From the NCBI RefSeq assembly GCF_003057965.1, contig NZ_CP020921.1:1228916-1292915 (forward strand): DNA of 64,000 nt, written 5' to 3'. Shown here piece by piece: positions 20,106 through 30,904 of this stretch. Origin of the DNA: Thermodesulfobium acidiphilum. Lineage in GTDB: Bacteria; Thermodesulfobiota; Thermodesulfobiia; Thermodesulfobiales; Thermodesulfobiaceae. The notes below the pieces were generated by a model. It was not told the DNA's origin and ran no database searches. It saw nothing but the letters and a program-made list of their open reading frames with translations. Position numbers and translations under genes: made by a program. The first letter of the stretch is position 1. Every line of letters starts with the position of its first letter.

Positions 20106-21230
20106 CTAGTATTTCATATTTGCAGGTCTAGGTTCAAGGGTAACAGGTATGACCATAATTTTTCCGGATCTATATAAAGTTACTTTAACAACATCTCCTA
20201 CCTTATGGGTAAGAATTATATTTGGCAAAGTGTAAATATCAACTTCTTTATCATTAATTTTTAAGATTATGTCTCCCGGTAAAATACCAGCCTTTTCTGC
20301 AGGAGAACCTGGTAAAACTTTTGCTACATAAACAGCTGCATTTTGCTTAATTCCCATCTGGCTAAGTTGATATTGATCAACAGGCAGCATATCAATTCCC
20401 AGATATGGGTGAACAACCTCATGATTTGTTATTAATTGATTTAATATCTCCTTTGCAGTGTCAATCGGAATTGCAAAACCGATACCCTGGGCATAAGGTA
20501 TAATAGCTGTATTGATGCCTATTACTCTTCCATTAATATCCACTAAAGGCCCGCCTGAATTTCCTGGATTTATAGCAGCATCAGTTTGAATAAACGGACC
20601 GGCACTATAAGCGGATGTTTGAACTCTCCTATCAAGAGCACTAACAATACCAAGAGTTACCGTACCAGAAAATCCATATGGATTACCTATTGCAATAGCC
20701 CACTCTCCTAATTGAAGATTTGAAGACGAACCAAGTTCTGCTGCAGGTAAACCTGTAGCATTTACCTTTACTACTGCCAAATCGGTAACAGGATCAGCCC
20801 CAATCACTTCTCCGTCAAATTTTCTGCCATCAGAGAGAGTAACCTTTACCTTTGTCGCATTGGCAATTACGTGATTGTTAGTAAGAATTAAGCCATCACT
20901 CTTAATAATAACTCCTGAGCCAAGCCCCTCTTCAGGAATTGGTTTCATTGGAATTCCAAAGAAGTCAGAAATAGGATTTTTAACGTACATTAAAGTATTT
21001 ATTTGAACAACGCTTGGCATAACCTTCTTTACTGCTTGAACTATGGGAGAATCTACTGACATGTCTATTGCAGCTACTGCAGTTGATGGTGCAACTTTTA
21101 CCGGAGGTCTAAAAGCAGGGAAAGCCCATATTGCACCAAGAACCAGCATTCCTCCAAAACAAGCTGCTACAAAAAAGAAAATCGATTTTACCAGGATTTC
21201 TTTAAACTTATTTTCTTTTTGTTCGTACAT
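20106..21230 (-). CDS. HtrA/DegQ serine protease, one PDZ domain
   Basis: GSGVII, TNNHV, DLAV, DAAINPGNSGGPL, PDZ SPAEKAG. Confidence 0.95.
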   Translation of the reverse strand: MYEQKENKFKEILVKSIFFFVAACFGGMLVLGAIWAFPAFRPPVKVAPSTAVAAIDMSVDSPIVQAVKKVMPSVVQINTLMYVKNPISDFFGIPMKPIPEEGLGSGVIIKSDGLILTNNHVIANATKVKVTLSDGRKFDGEVIGADPVTDLAVVKVNATGLPAAELGSSSNLQLGEWAIAIGNPYGFSGTVTLGIVSALDRRVQTSAYSAGPFIQTDAAINPGNSGGPLVDINGRVIGINTAIIPYAQGIGFAIPIDTAKEILNQLITNHEVVHPYLGIDMLPVDQYQLSQMGIKQNAAVYVAKVLPGSPAEKAGILPGDIILKINDKEVDIYTLPNIILTHKVGDVVKVTLYRSGKIMVIPVTLEPRPANMKY

Positions 21231-21312
21231 AAAAACCTCCTAATTTGTATATTTTGGGAAATATTTTTATAATAAAAATTATATTCTAAAAATTATTGGA
21301 TTTCATTAAAAT

Positions 21313-24300
21313 CTACTTATCACCTACTTTAACATAGTCATAACTTTCATATAAATCAAACCCAGTTCCAGCAGGAATTAATCTTCCTATTACAACGTTT
21401 TCTTTCAAACCTCTAAGATAGTCTATTTTGCCTCTAATTGATGCCTCAGTTAATATTCTGGTAGTCTCCTGGAAAGAGGCAGCAGCAATAAATGAAGATG
21501 TATTCAAAGACGATTTCGTAATGCCAAGCACCGCATCTTCTGCTTCTGGGGGAGTTTTACCCTGAAGAGTTAACTCTTTGACCACCTTTTCAAATTCACC
21601 TCTATCTACATATTCTCCTGGCAACCAATCAGAATCGCCGTCATTTTTAATCTTTACTCTCTTAGTCATTTGTCTAACTATAATTTCAATGTGTTTATCA
21701 TGAATAGAAACGCTTTGATCTTTATAAACCTTTTGAATTTCATCAACTATATATTGCTTTACTGCATCTATTCCTCTAGTTTTAAGTAGTTCCTGAGGAT
21801 AAAATTGACCTTCTGTAAGAGGATATCCTTTTTTAATAAAGGCACCATCCGATACCTGAAGCTGTGTGCTTGCAGGTACAACAATTTCCTTTGTCTCTTC
21901 CAACCCTTCTATTATAATTTTTATAGGGTCTGTATCACTATTGGAAATAATATGGACTATTCCATCTATTTCTGAAAGTATTGCAGCATTTTTTGGTCTC
22001 CTTGCTTCAAAAAGCTCTTCGACCCTGGGCAAACCCTGAATAATATCCTTTGTCTTAATTGCACTTTCTTTTGATTTAGGTGAAATTGCAACTAATGTAG
22101 TGTTGGTTAACATTGTTGAATCTTTTACAAATAATCTTGAATTCTTATTACACGAAGCAAAATCACCCTGATAAATGTATATAGGTGTAACCATCTCACC
22201 AGTTTCAGAGTCCAAAACTGGTTCAAACTTTGGGATAACAGCCATACCTAAAACTGGACTCGTTATACCTTCCGCAATCTCTTTACCTGGTACTACTTTT
22301 TCTCTATCTTTGATCTTAATATCAAGATTGGCATTAACCTTTATTATTATTGGTTTTTCTTTAGTAAACAAAACTTCACCATTTTGAGAAGCAATACTTA
22401 TTACGTTATTCTCAGATATAACTCTTTCCTCAACAGGCATTGTATAAAAAACAATATTACCCTTCTCTGCTATAAGATATTCATTATCCTCATCTTCCTC
22501 AACCAAGACATCGTTTTCTTTAACAAAAGAACCATCCTTAACGTGTAGAAGCATCCCTCTATTTACAAAAACTTTAACGCTTGTCTCTCCTTTTATCACG
22601 ATATTTCCTTCAGAAATAGCTATAGTAGTCTCTATGTTATCGTTCAAAAAAGTGAACGTCTTAAGAGATTCGAACTTTACTGTACCACTAATCTTTGATC
22701 TTTCTATATTCTTACTCCTATGAAGAGCAACCCCACCAGTGTGAAATGTTCTCATAGTCAGCTGAGTACCAGGCTCCCCTATAGATTGTGCAGCAATAAT
22801 GCCCACAGCTTCACCAAGTTCTACAACTTCCCTGGTAGCAAGACTCCAACCGTAACATTTTTGACACACTCCATGAGGTGTTTTACAGGTTAAAGGAGAT
22901 CTTACAGCTACTTCTTTTATTCCAGCATCTACTATCTTATCAGCTATAGAAGGAGTTATTAGTTCATTTCTTTTAACTATTAATTTTCCATCAGCATCAT
23001 AAATATCTTCAGCGCTAAACCTACCAATTATTCTGTCTTTTAATTCCAAAATAACCTTTGTTCCATCCATCAGATCAGAAACTACAATACTTTCTTCGCT
23101 GCCACAATCTTCTTCTCTCACGATTATTTCTTGTGCAACATCGACCAGTCTTCTTGTAAGATATCCAGAGTTAGAAGTCCTTAGTGCAGTATCGACCAAA
23201 CCTTTTCTTGCACCATATGTTGAAATAAAATATTCCATCATATTCATGCCTTCTTTAAGGTTTGCCTTTATAGGAATAGGTATGATTCTACCGTGTGGAT
23301 CTGACATAAGACCTCTCATTGCAGCCAGCTGTCTAACTTGATCGATATTGCCTCTTGCACCAGAATTTGCCATCATAAAAACGGGGTTTCTTTCACCCAT
23401 ACTGGAGTTCATTCTGTCCTTAATTTCGTCAGTAATCATATTCCACTTTTCTCTTACTTTAGCATCCTTTTCTTCTTGAGTCATAGTACCTTCAGAAACA
23501 AATTCATCAAATCTTTTAATTTCTTCTTCTGCCCTCTTTATTATTTCTTTCTTTTCTGCAGGTACAACAAGATCATCAATTGAAATAGATATTCCAGATT
23601 CTTTAGCATATTTAAATCCTATATCCTTCAAGTCATCCACAAGCTTCACCGTTCTGGTAAGCCCGAAATCTTCATAACATTGCCTTACTATCTTTGCAAT
23701 TCTCTTCTTTGTCAGCGGTTCCCTATAATAAGGCCACTTACCAGGCAAAATTTCATTAAATAATATTTGACCTACACTAGTAGCTAAAAATTCCTTATCA
23801 ATTTTCACAGCAATTCTATCAATAAGACTAAGCGAGAATTCATGTGGTGGTTTTACACTATCAATTTGATACCTTGTAATAGCATCATTTTTGTCTATAA
23901 AAAACAAAAACGGTTGTCCAGTTTGTATTTTTTTAACACAAGTTGTCAGATAACCATTAACTCTTTCGCAATAAACGTCTATTTTTTGGGTTTCATCAAT
24001 TTCACCCTTCTTAAAAGCGTCTATAGCATCTTCTTCGCTTCTAAAAGTAGGATTTTTTTCAAAACTTGTAAGATAATGAAGCCCTAAAACCATATCCTGT
24101 GAAGGAGTTACCAATGGTTGACCATTAGCAGGAGACAATAAATTATGACTTGAAAGCATTAATACTCTTGCCTCAGCTTGTGCCTCAAGAGATAGTGGAA
24201 CGTGAACAGCCATTTGATCTCCATCAAAGTCTGCATTAAAAGCAGCACAAACCAGAGGATGAAGTTGAATGGCTTTGCCTTCTATCAAAACTGGTTCAAA

Positions 24301-25758
24301 AGCTTGAATTCCTAGCCTGTGAAGCGTAGGAGCACGATTCAGAAAAACAGGGTGTCCCTGTATAACTTCAGCAAGAATATCCCATATAACATTTTCGCCC
24401 CGTTCTATTTTTCTTTTAGCTCCTTTTACATTTCCAGTTAATCCTCTTTTAATAAGTTCGTGAATTACAAAAGGCTTAAAAAGTTCTAAAGCCATTTCTT
24501 TCGGCAATCCACATTGATGAAGTTTAAGTGTAGGACCCACAACAATTACTGAACGTCCAGAATAATCCACCCTTTTCCCCAACAAATTCTGTCTAAATCG
24601 TCCTTGTTTCCCTTCAATGATATCAGAAAGAGACCTAAGAGGTCTGTCATGGGTCCCCGTTACGGGCTTTAATCTTCTTTCGTTATCAAAGAGTGCATCC
24701 ACTGCTTCTTGAAGCATTCTTTTTTCATTTCTAACAATAATTTCAGGAGCACCCATATCAAGTAGTTTCTTTAATCTATTATTTCTATTAATAACCCTTC
24801 TATAAAGATCGTTTAAGTCCGAAGTAGCAAATCTCCCACCATCTAATTGAACCATGGGTCTAAGATCAGGCGGAATAACAGGTATGGCCTCCAAAACCAT
24901 CCAGGCAGGATTAGCACCCGATTTTCTAAAAAATTCCAAAACCCTGAATCTTTTTATCATTTTTAGCCTTTTTGGACTTTGAAAAGATGTTGAAATCATT
25001 TCTTCTTTAATCTGATTACTCAATTCTTCAACGTTAATAGACTCTAATGCCTCTTTAATAGCTTCAGCACCCATTTTTGCTACAAAATAGTTTTGACCAA
25101 AGCTATATGTATAATATTCATATTCATCAGCAGTCAAAATTCTACCTGCTTCGAGAAAAGTGTTTTTAGGATCTACAACTTGATAATTATCATCACTTAA
25201 ATGTTCCACCTCAATTGCCGATCTACCAAGTTGTTTTACCCAGTATTCGTATTCATCTTCGGAAAGCGTTTTAAATTTTTGTAATCCACTATCTTTAGGA
25301 TCTAAAATTAAATATCTTGAAAAATATATTACTTCTTCAACTTCTTTGTTTGAAATATCTAAAACAGAACCTATGTAGCTCGTAGTGCCTTTGAAATACC
25401 AAATATGAGCAACAGGAGCTGCCAGATCAATGTGCCCCATTCTTAATCTTCTTACCTTCGACGAAGTAACCTCAACTCCGCATCTATCACAAATCGTTCC
25501 TTTATATCTTGGTCGCTTATATTTGCCACAATAACATTCATAATCTTTCGTGGGTCCAAATATCTTTTCACAAAAGAGACCGCCTCTTTCAGGCCTTAAC
25601 GTTCTATAATTAATAGTTTCAGGCTTTTTTACTTCTCCTCTTGACCACGATCTTATCCTTTCGCTTGACGCAAGCCCAATCTTTATAGCCACAAGTTTAG
25701 AAGAAGTTTTATCCTTAACCTGTTTGTTATCTTCACTAATTTCAACAAAGGGTTCCAA
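21313..25758 (-). CDS. rpoC: RNA polymerase beta' subunit (unsplit)
   Basis: KPETINYRT, zinc-finger Cys, [22 protein letters not shown]. Confidence 0.99.
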   Translation of the reverse strand: MEPFVEISEDNKQVKDKTSSKLVAIKIGLASSERIRSWSRGEVKKPETINYRTLRPERGGLFCEKIFGPTKDYECYCGKYKRPRYKGTICDRCGVEVTSSKVRRLRMGHIDLAAPVAHIWYFKGTTSYIGSVLDISNKEVEEVIYFSRYLILDPKDSGLQKFKTLSEDEYEYWVKQLGRSAIEVEHLSDDNYQVVDPKNTFLEAGRILTADEYEYYTYSFGQNYFVAKMGAEAIKEALESINVEELSNQIKEEMISTSFQSPKRLKMIKRFRVLEFFRKSGANPAWMVLEAIPVIPPDLRPMVQLDGGRFATSDLNDLYRRVINRNNRLKKLLDMGAPEIIVRNEKRMLQEAVDALFDNERRLKPVTGTHDRPLRSLSDIIEGKQGRFRQNLLGKRVDYSGRSVIVVGPTLKLHQCGLPKEMALELFKPFVIHELIKRGLTGNVKGAKRKIERGENVIWDILAEVIQGHPVFLNRAPTLHRLGIQAFEPVLIEGKAIQLHPLVCAAFNADFDGDQMAVHVPLSLEAQAEARVLMLSSHNLLSPANGQPLVTPSQDMVLGLHYLTSFEKNPTFRSEEDAIDAFKKGEIDETQKIDVYCERVNGYLTTCVKKIQTGQPFLFFIDKNDAITRYQIDSVKPPHEFSLSLIDRIAVKIDKEFLATSVGQILFNEILPGKWPYYREPLTKKRIAKIVRQCYEDFGLTRTVKLVDDLKDIGFKYAKESGISISIDDLVVPAEKKEIIKRAEEEIKRFDEFVSEGTMTQEEKDAKVREKWNMITDEIKDRMNSSMGERNPVFMMANSGARGNIDQVRQLAAMRGLMSDPHGRIIPIPIKANLKEGMNMMEYFISTYGARKGLVDTALRTSNSGYLTRRLVDVAQEIIVREEDCGSEESIVVSDLMDGTKVILELKDRIIGRFSAEDIYDADGKLIVKRNELITPSIADKIVDAGIKEVAVRSPLTCKTPHGVCQKCYGWSLATREVVELGEAVGIIAAQSIGEPGTQLTMRTFHTGGVALHRSKNIERSKISGTVKFESLKTFTFLNDNIETTIAISEGNIVIKGETSVKVFVNRGMLLHVKDGSFVKENDVLVEEDEDNEYLIAEKGNIVFYTMPVEERVISENNVISIASQNGEVLFTKEKPIIIKVNANLDIKIKDREKVVPGKEIAEGITSPVLGMAVIPKFEPVLDSETGEMVTPIYIYQGDFASCNKNSRLFVKDSTMLTNTTLVAISPKSKESAIKTKDIIQGLPRVEELFEARRPKNAAILSEIDGIVHIISNSDTDPIKIIIEGLEETKEIVVPASTQLQVSDGAFIKKGYPLTEGQFYPQELLKTRGIDAVKQYIVDEIQKVYKDQSVSIHDKHIEIIVRQMTKRVKIKNDGDSDWLPGEYVDRGEFEKVVKELTLQGKTPPEAEDAVLGITKSSLNTSSFIAAASFQETTRILTEASIRGKIDYLRGLKENVVIGRLIPAGTGFDLYESYDYVKVGDK

Positions 25759-25815
25759 AACTATTTCCTCCCTTTCAAAATTTGATATCTAAAACTAAAG
25801 ATGTTAACTCCTGTT

Positions 25816-28800
25816 CTAATCCTCAACGTCTACCGACTTCAAAAGTGGCAATACGCTATTATCATCTTCATCTATGTGCTCCAAATCAATTTGACTTCCG
25901 TCTTGATGTATTAGAGTAATATCAAGCGCCAATCCTTGAAGTTCTCTAACTAATACTTTAAATGATTCAGGTAACCCCGGAGTTCCAAGGTTTTTACCTT
26001 TGATTATCGCCTCCATAGCCTTTGTTCTACCAGTAATGTCATCAGATTTTATAGTCAATATCTCTTGCAACACGTTTGCAGCACCATATGCCTCTAAAGC
26101 CCAAACTTCCATTTCTCCAAACCTTTGACCACCGAACTGAGCCTTGCCTCCAAGTGGTTGTTGAGTGATCAGAGAATAAGGACCGGTTGACCTTGCGTGG
26201 ATTTTATCATCAACAAGGTGTACAAGTTTTAAGAGGTACATATAACCTACGGTTACAGGAGATAAAAAGGGATCGCCAGTTTTCCCATCATAAAGAGTAA
26301 CTTTCCCATTTTTTCCAATAAATGGTTTAATTTCTCTTGCTTTTTCTAAATATTCTTCAACAAATCTTTCGGATGCCCTTTCACCAAACGATTCGTCAAA
26401 AGGGGTTGCCTCAAACTTATATTTTATGTTTTTATCCTTGCCAAAGTTGTTAAGAACCCCTGCCGCAAGGCCTAGAAGTACTTCAAAAATCTGCCCAACG
26501 TTCATTCTTGATGGAACGCCCAAAGGATTCAAAACAATATCTACAGGTGTCCCATCGGGTAAATATGGCATATCAGCTTCTGGTAAAATTTTAGATATTA
26601 CCCCTTTATTTCCGTGCCTACCTGTCATCTTATCTCCAACAGAAATCTTTCTTAATTGAGCCACTGTAACTCTCACTTTTGTAATCACCCCAGGTGGAAG
26701 ATCGTCTCCGTTATTTCTAGAAAAAACTTTCACATCGATAACCTTACCCTTTTCTCCATGGGGTAACTTGAGAGAAGTATCTCTCATATCCTTCAATTTA
26801 TCACCAAATATTGCTCTCAATAACCTTTCTTCTGATGGTGGTTCTACATCTCCTTTAGGAGTAAGCTTACCTACTAAATAATCTCCAGCTTCTACTTCAG
26901 TCCCAATTACAACAATACCCTGTTCATCAAGGTTTCTTCTTGCTTCTTCTGAAACATTAGGAATCTCTCTCGTTATCTCTTCATCTCCCAATTTAGTAGA
27001 CCTTGCTTCAACTTCATAACTTTCAATGTGAATGGACGTAAATACATCTTCTCTCACAAGCCTATTGCTAATTAGTATTGCATCTTCAAAGTTGTAACCA
27101 CCAAATGGCATAAAGGCAACTAATACATTTCTACCTAGGGCCAGTTCTCCGCTATCAGTTGCACAACCGGATGTAAGAACTTGTCCTTTCTTGACTCTGT
27201 CACCTGCTCTTACTAAAGCCTTTTGGTTAAAACACGTTGCATTATTTGTCCTAACAAATTTCATTAATTTATATTCCTTTGAAGTTCCATCACTAAAATC
27301 AATAACTATTTTTCCTCCAGCAGCGCTCCTAACAATTCCATCCTTTTCAGCTATATGAACCATACCCGAATCAATAGCAGCAACCATTTCCATACCAGTA
27401 CCAACCCATGGCGCTTCTTCTATAACAAGAGGCACGGCCTGACGCTGCATATTACAACCCATCAACGCACGGTTTGCATCATTGTGTTCTACAAAAGGGA
27501 TTAAAGAAGAGCTCAAACTAAGCATTTGCTTCGGAGAAACACCAATATAATCAATTTTATCAGGTGCAACTTGTTGAAATTCTCCATTATATCTTGCTAC
27601 AACAGTGTCTCCAACAATCTTCTTGTTTTCAACTTTTACATCTGCAGACGCAATATAAACGTTTCTCTCTTTACTAGCCGTAAAGCTTTCAATAATATCA
27701 GTCAGTTTTCCGTTTTTAACCTTTCTGTAAGGAGTCTCCAAAAAACCATAATCATTCACAACAGCATAAATAGTTGGTGAACTAATCAATCCAACATTTG
27801 GACCTTCAGGAGTTTCAATAGGACAAAATCTGCCATAATAAGAGGGATGAATATCTCTTACCTCAAATCCAGCTCTCTCTCTTGTTAACCCACCAGGACC
27901 AAGGACAGAGATCCTTCTCTTGTGAGTTAATTCAGCAAGAGGATTAGTTTGATCCATATACTGAGACAATTGACCAGTGCAGAAAAATTCACGCAAAGCC
28001 ACAGTAAGGGGGCCACTATTTATAATGTTACTAATCTTAAGTTTTGTAGTACCTTTATATAAAGACATCCTCTCATGAATTACATGTTCCATCCTATACA
28101 AACCTTCTCTAAACTTTTGTCTTACAAGTTCTCCCACCAATCTTACTCTTCTATTTTCTAGATGATCGATGTCGTCAAGAGTACCATCCCCATAATGAAG
28201 ATTTACAAGATACTTAACAATTGCAAGCATATCTTCTCTGTGAAGAACCAGATAATCAAGTGGTACAATACCATTTAAACCTAACTTTTCGTTTATTTTT
28301 AGACGGCCAACCATACCTAGATCGAATCTCTTTTTGTCAAAAAACCTACTATTGATAATTCCTTTAGCTGCCTCAGGATTTGGAGCCTCTCCCGGCCTTA
28401 TTTTTTTATAAAATTCTTGAAGAGCCTCTTCTCTATTTTGAGTATTATCCTGCGCAAAAGTTGCTTTTCTAAACTTTTCATCCACTAAAGCCTCTTCGAT
28501 TCTCGACTGTTCAATTCCACAGGCTTTAAGAAAGGTAGATACAGGTAATTTTCTCGACTTCTCGATTCTAATCCAGACAGTACCATTTGAAGGAGCTTCA
28601 AAATTTATCCAATTCCCCTTCACAGGTATTACTGTTCCAACAAATGTCTTTCGATCCATAAGATCTTTATCTTCTTTGAAATAAACACCAGGCGACCTTG
28701 TAAGTTGATTAACTATAACTCTTTCTGAACCATTTACAATAAAGGTCGCTCGTTTTGTCATAATAGGTATTTCTCCTAACAAAACTTCAGACTCTACAAC

Positions 28801-29118
28801 TTCTTGGCTTTGTTTATCAAGTAGTCTTAATTTAACCTTTATCTGGGCCTCATAAGTCTTATCCTTGATTCTTACTTCTTCTTCAGAAAATTTTGGTTCT
28901 TCTAAACGATATGAAACAAAAGATAATTCAAACCTATCGCCCGCATCAACAATCGGGAAATAAGAGCTTAACTCCTCTCCGATTCCCTGATAAAGGAACT
29001 TTTCATAAGATTTTTTTTGCAAATCCAAAAGATTTGGTATAGGCGCCTCGATCTTTTGTTTTTCATCCAAACTTTCACCCATAAATTTAATACGGGGTTT
29101 AACCAATACATCTCTCAT
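25816..29118 (-). CDS. rpoB: RNA polymerase beta subunit
   Basis: SQYMDQTNPLAELTHKRR, GDKMTGRHGNKG, GGQRFGEME; ATG 29118 follows GAGGTG. Confidence 0.99.
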   Translation of the reverse strand: MRDVLVKPRIKFMGESLDEKQKIEAPIPNLLDLQKKSYEKFLYQGIGEELSSYFPIVDAGDRFELSFVSYRLEEPKFSEEEVRIKDKTYEAQIKVKLRLLDKQSQEVVESEVLLGEIPIMTKRATFIVNGSERVIVNQLTRSPGVYFKEDKDLMDRKTFVGTVIPVKGNWINFEAPSNGTVWIRIEKSRKLPVSTFLKACGIEQSRIEEALVDEKFRKATFAQDNTQNREEALQEFYKKIRPGEAPNPEAAKGIINSRFFDKKRFDLGMVGRLKINEKLGLNGIVPLDYLVLHREDMLAIVKYLVNLHYGDGTLDDIDHLENRRVRLVGELVRQKFREGLYRMEHVIHERMSLYKGTTKLKISNIINSGPLTVALREFFCTGQLSQYMDQTNPLAELTHKRRISVLGPGGLTRERAGFEVRDIHPSYYGRFCPIETPEGPNVGLISSPTIYAVVNDYGFLETPYRKVKNGKLTDIIESFTASKERNVYIASADVKVENKKIVGDTVVARYNGEFQQVAPDKIDYIGVSPKQMLSLSSSLIPFVEHNDANRALMGCNMQRQAVPLVIEEAPWVGTGMEMVAAIDSGMVHIAEKDGIVRSAAGGKIVIDFSDGTSKEYKLMKFVRTNNATCFNQKALVRAGDRVKKGQVLTSGCATDSGELALGRNVLVAFMPFGGYNFEDAILISNRLVREDVFTSIHIESYEVEARSTKLGDEEITREIPNVSEEARRNLDEQGIVVIGTEVEAGDYLVGKLTPKGDVEPPSEERLLRAIFGDKLKDMRDTSLKLPHGEKGKVIDVKVFSRNNGDDLPPGVITKVRVTVAQLRKISVGDKMTGRHGNKGVISKILPEADMPYLPDGTPVDIVLNPLGVPSRMNVGQIFEVLLGLAAGVLNNFGKDKNIKYKFEATPFDESFGERASERFVEEYLEKAREIKPFIGKNGKVTLYDGKTGDPFLSPVTVGYMYLLKLVHLVDDKIHARSTGPYSLITQQPLGGKAQFGGQRFGEMEVWALEAYGAANVLQEILTIKSDDITGRTKAMEAIIKGKNLGTPGLPESFKVLVRELQGLALDITLIHQDGSQIDLEHIDEDDNSVLPLLKSVDVED

Positions 29119-29242
29119 AAACACACCTCACAAGACAAGTTCTTGCATCACAGGAAGAAAAAAGATAAAATATAACACAACAATCATTTGAAGAAAACAT
29201 TTAAAAAGCGAACTCCAAAAAACAAAGAAAGGAATTAAGAAA

Positions 29243-29410
29243 ATGATAAGCTGGCAACAAACTGGGATGATAATAGCAATTCTTTTGATCGTTCTTGGTC
29301 CTAAAAAACTTCCCAAAGTTACAAAAGAAATTGGAAAAACTCTTGGAAGCTTTAGAAAGGAAACCCAACAGATCAAAGATCAAGTAGATATAACCAAACA
29401 AATTAAATAA
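29243..29410 (+). CDS. tatA: Twin-arginine translocase TatA/B subunit (55 aa), not in ORF track
   Basis: MISWQQTGMIIAILLIVLGPKKLPKVTKEIGKTLGSFRKE: TM, GPKKLP hinge, amphipathic helix; RBS AAGGA. Confidence 0.9.
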   Translation: MISWQQTGMIIAILLIVLGPKKLPKVTKEIGKTLGSFRKETQQIKDQVDITKQIK

Positions 29411-29524
29411 GATAAAAACATTCTTAAACCAAAGCATTATCTCGCCTAAAGAAAAAACCTAAAAAAATAAAAAATTTAAGTGATTTTTGAGGCTTTATGC
29501 ATATCCCTCCTAAAAGATAAAGAG

Positions 29525-29599
29525 TGGTGGGCGAAGTAGGAATCGAACCTACGGCCCCTTGCGTGTGAAGCAAGTGCTCTACCTCTGAGCTATCCGCCC
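29525..29599 (-). tRNA. tRNA-Val (anticodon CAC)
   Basis: GGGCGGA acceptor stem, D-arm TAGCTCAG, anticodon arm CTTGC-TTCACAC-GCAAG, GGTTCGATTCC, encoded CCA. Confidence 0.96.
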
Positions 29600-29619
29600 A
29601 AAAAAATGTGTAAAAATTT

Positions 29620-29648
29620 ATTTTAACACAAATATATATTGTTGTAAA
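29620..29648 (-). promoter_or_regulatory. Sigma70-type promoter of tRNA-Val
   Basis: TTTACA-17 bp-TAAAAT with TG extended -10, about 20 nt upstream of the tRNA. Confidence 0.6.
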
Positions 29649-29650
29649 TA

Positions 29651-30850
29651 CTAAAAAATTTCAAACCATTCATCGGGATGAGGATTCTCTATTGAAGCTA
29701 TTAGCAACCATGCATTAGTTGTTTTGTTAGCTATAACCATTACAAACGGATGATCAAAACTTATAACATCCTTGACATTTTTATCAAAGATAGTTTTATT
29801 TAACCCGTATTCATCAACCTTCAAAAAACTATCAGAGATCTCGTTTGAAACAAAAGAAAAGTTTGCAATCTTAAACATTTTTCTAAAATCAGCATAGCTT
29901 TGGTCAAAAGGATCTCCAACTCCTATTTCCTTAAATTCAGGTATAAAAGAAGTTTTGTATTCAAGATCCATTTTTGGAATTTCAACCATCAAAAGCCTCT
30001 TCTTAAATTGTTTGGACCAATTAAAATAATTTTCACCATTCATATTTCTATAGATATTCATAAGGGTTTTAGTCTCTTTTGGCAAGAAAAATACCGCTTC
30101 TAGATCTGGGTCAGCCAGATTAACTTTAACTGCCTGGAAAATATCGTTCTCATAATAATCGAAATTACCAGTAGTTTTCATATATAAAGCTTTAGCACTC
30201 TGACCATTCGAAAGATAAAAGGTACCTTTTTTTGTTAGATTTTTTGGAAATTCGTTTTTCCATGCAAGCTTTGCATAGGTAATATTTATCAAATACATCA
30301 TCGCGTCCTTGCTAACATCCTTTTTGTTAACTATACTCGTAACCTGATGATTTGTACTCGTTTTAACCCAATCGTTTATAGCAGAAGGAGTATATTTATC
30401 AGAAAAATTTATATAGGTCAAATCAAATCCAGGATAAAAAGAATTGATTGTAGCCATAAATTTGGGATCAAATGTAAATCCATTTTGAACCCAAAGTGAT
30501 GACCTCGTAAAAACAAACATTTTTTTATCGTAGGTATAAGGAGTTGGGCTTACAGTATTTTTCCAAAAATAATTTATATCTGATTCGTTATAACCATCAA
30601 ATCCCTGAATAAGATTTAATTCATCAAATGTATGGCCCACAGCACCATTAGAAAGAACACTTAACGACTGACCCAATCCTATTGGAGAAAAGATTACGTT
30701 ATTGTCAAATTCATGATTTCTTACCTCGTTCATTAACTTAATCGCAAAATTTATATTTCCCTTAATTAACTGGCTATCATCTGCAAAAGCACCAGGGATA
30801 ACGATTAGCATAAAAAACAATACATTTAAAAAAATTAACACTTTTCTCAA
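29651..30850 (-). CDS. Secreted serpin-fold protein, probably non-inhibitory
   Basis: Signal peptide AFA; NFAIKL, NVIFSP, INDWVKTST, YLIN..Y..AW, VDEYG, FDHPF, IENP; TTG 30850 follows GAGGTG. Confidence 0.88.
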   Translation of the reverse strand: MRKVLIFLNVLFFMLIVIPGAFADDSQLIKGNINFAIKLMNEVRNHEFDNNVIFSPIGLGQSLSVLSNGAVGHTFDELNLIQGFDGYNESDINYFWKNTVSPTPYTYDKKMFVFTRSSLWVQNGFTFDPKFMATINSFYPGFDLTYINFSDKYTPSAINDWVKTSTNHQVTSIVNKKDVSKDAMMYLINITYAKLAWKNEFPKNLTKKGTFYLSNGQSAKALYMKTTGNFDYYENDIFQAVKVNLADPDLEAVFFLPKETKTLMNIYRNMNGENYFNWSKQFKKRLLMVEIPKMDLEYKTSFIPEFKEIGVGDPFDQSYADFRKMFKIANFSFVSNEISDSFLKVDEYGLNKTIFDKNVKDVISFDHPFVMVIANKTTNAWLLIASIENPHPDEWFEIF

Positions 30851-30904
30851 TAAGATCACCTCTCTATACAATAAGATAACATAAATTTTAAAAATTTATA
30901 ATCA

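Noticed and set aside
29128-29437. Two minus-strand ORFs (82 aa and 78 aa) upstream of rpoB
   Set aside because: They are antisense shadows of tatA (29243-29410, plus strand) and have no motifs
29476-29510. Strong GGAGGG RBS plus ATG downstream of tRNA-Val on the minus strand
   Set aside because: Encodes only MHKASKIT*; no support for function
30192-30218. TTAGCACTC CIRCE half-site
   Set aside because: Inside the serpin CDS, with no matching GAGTGCTAA arm
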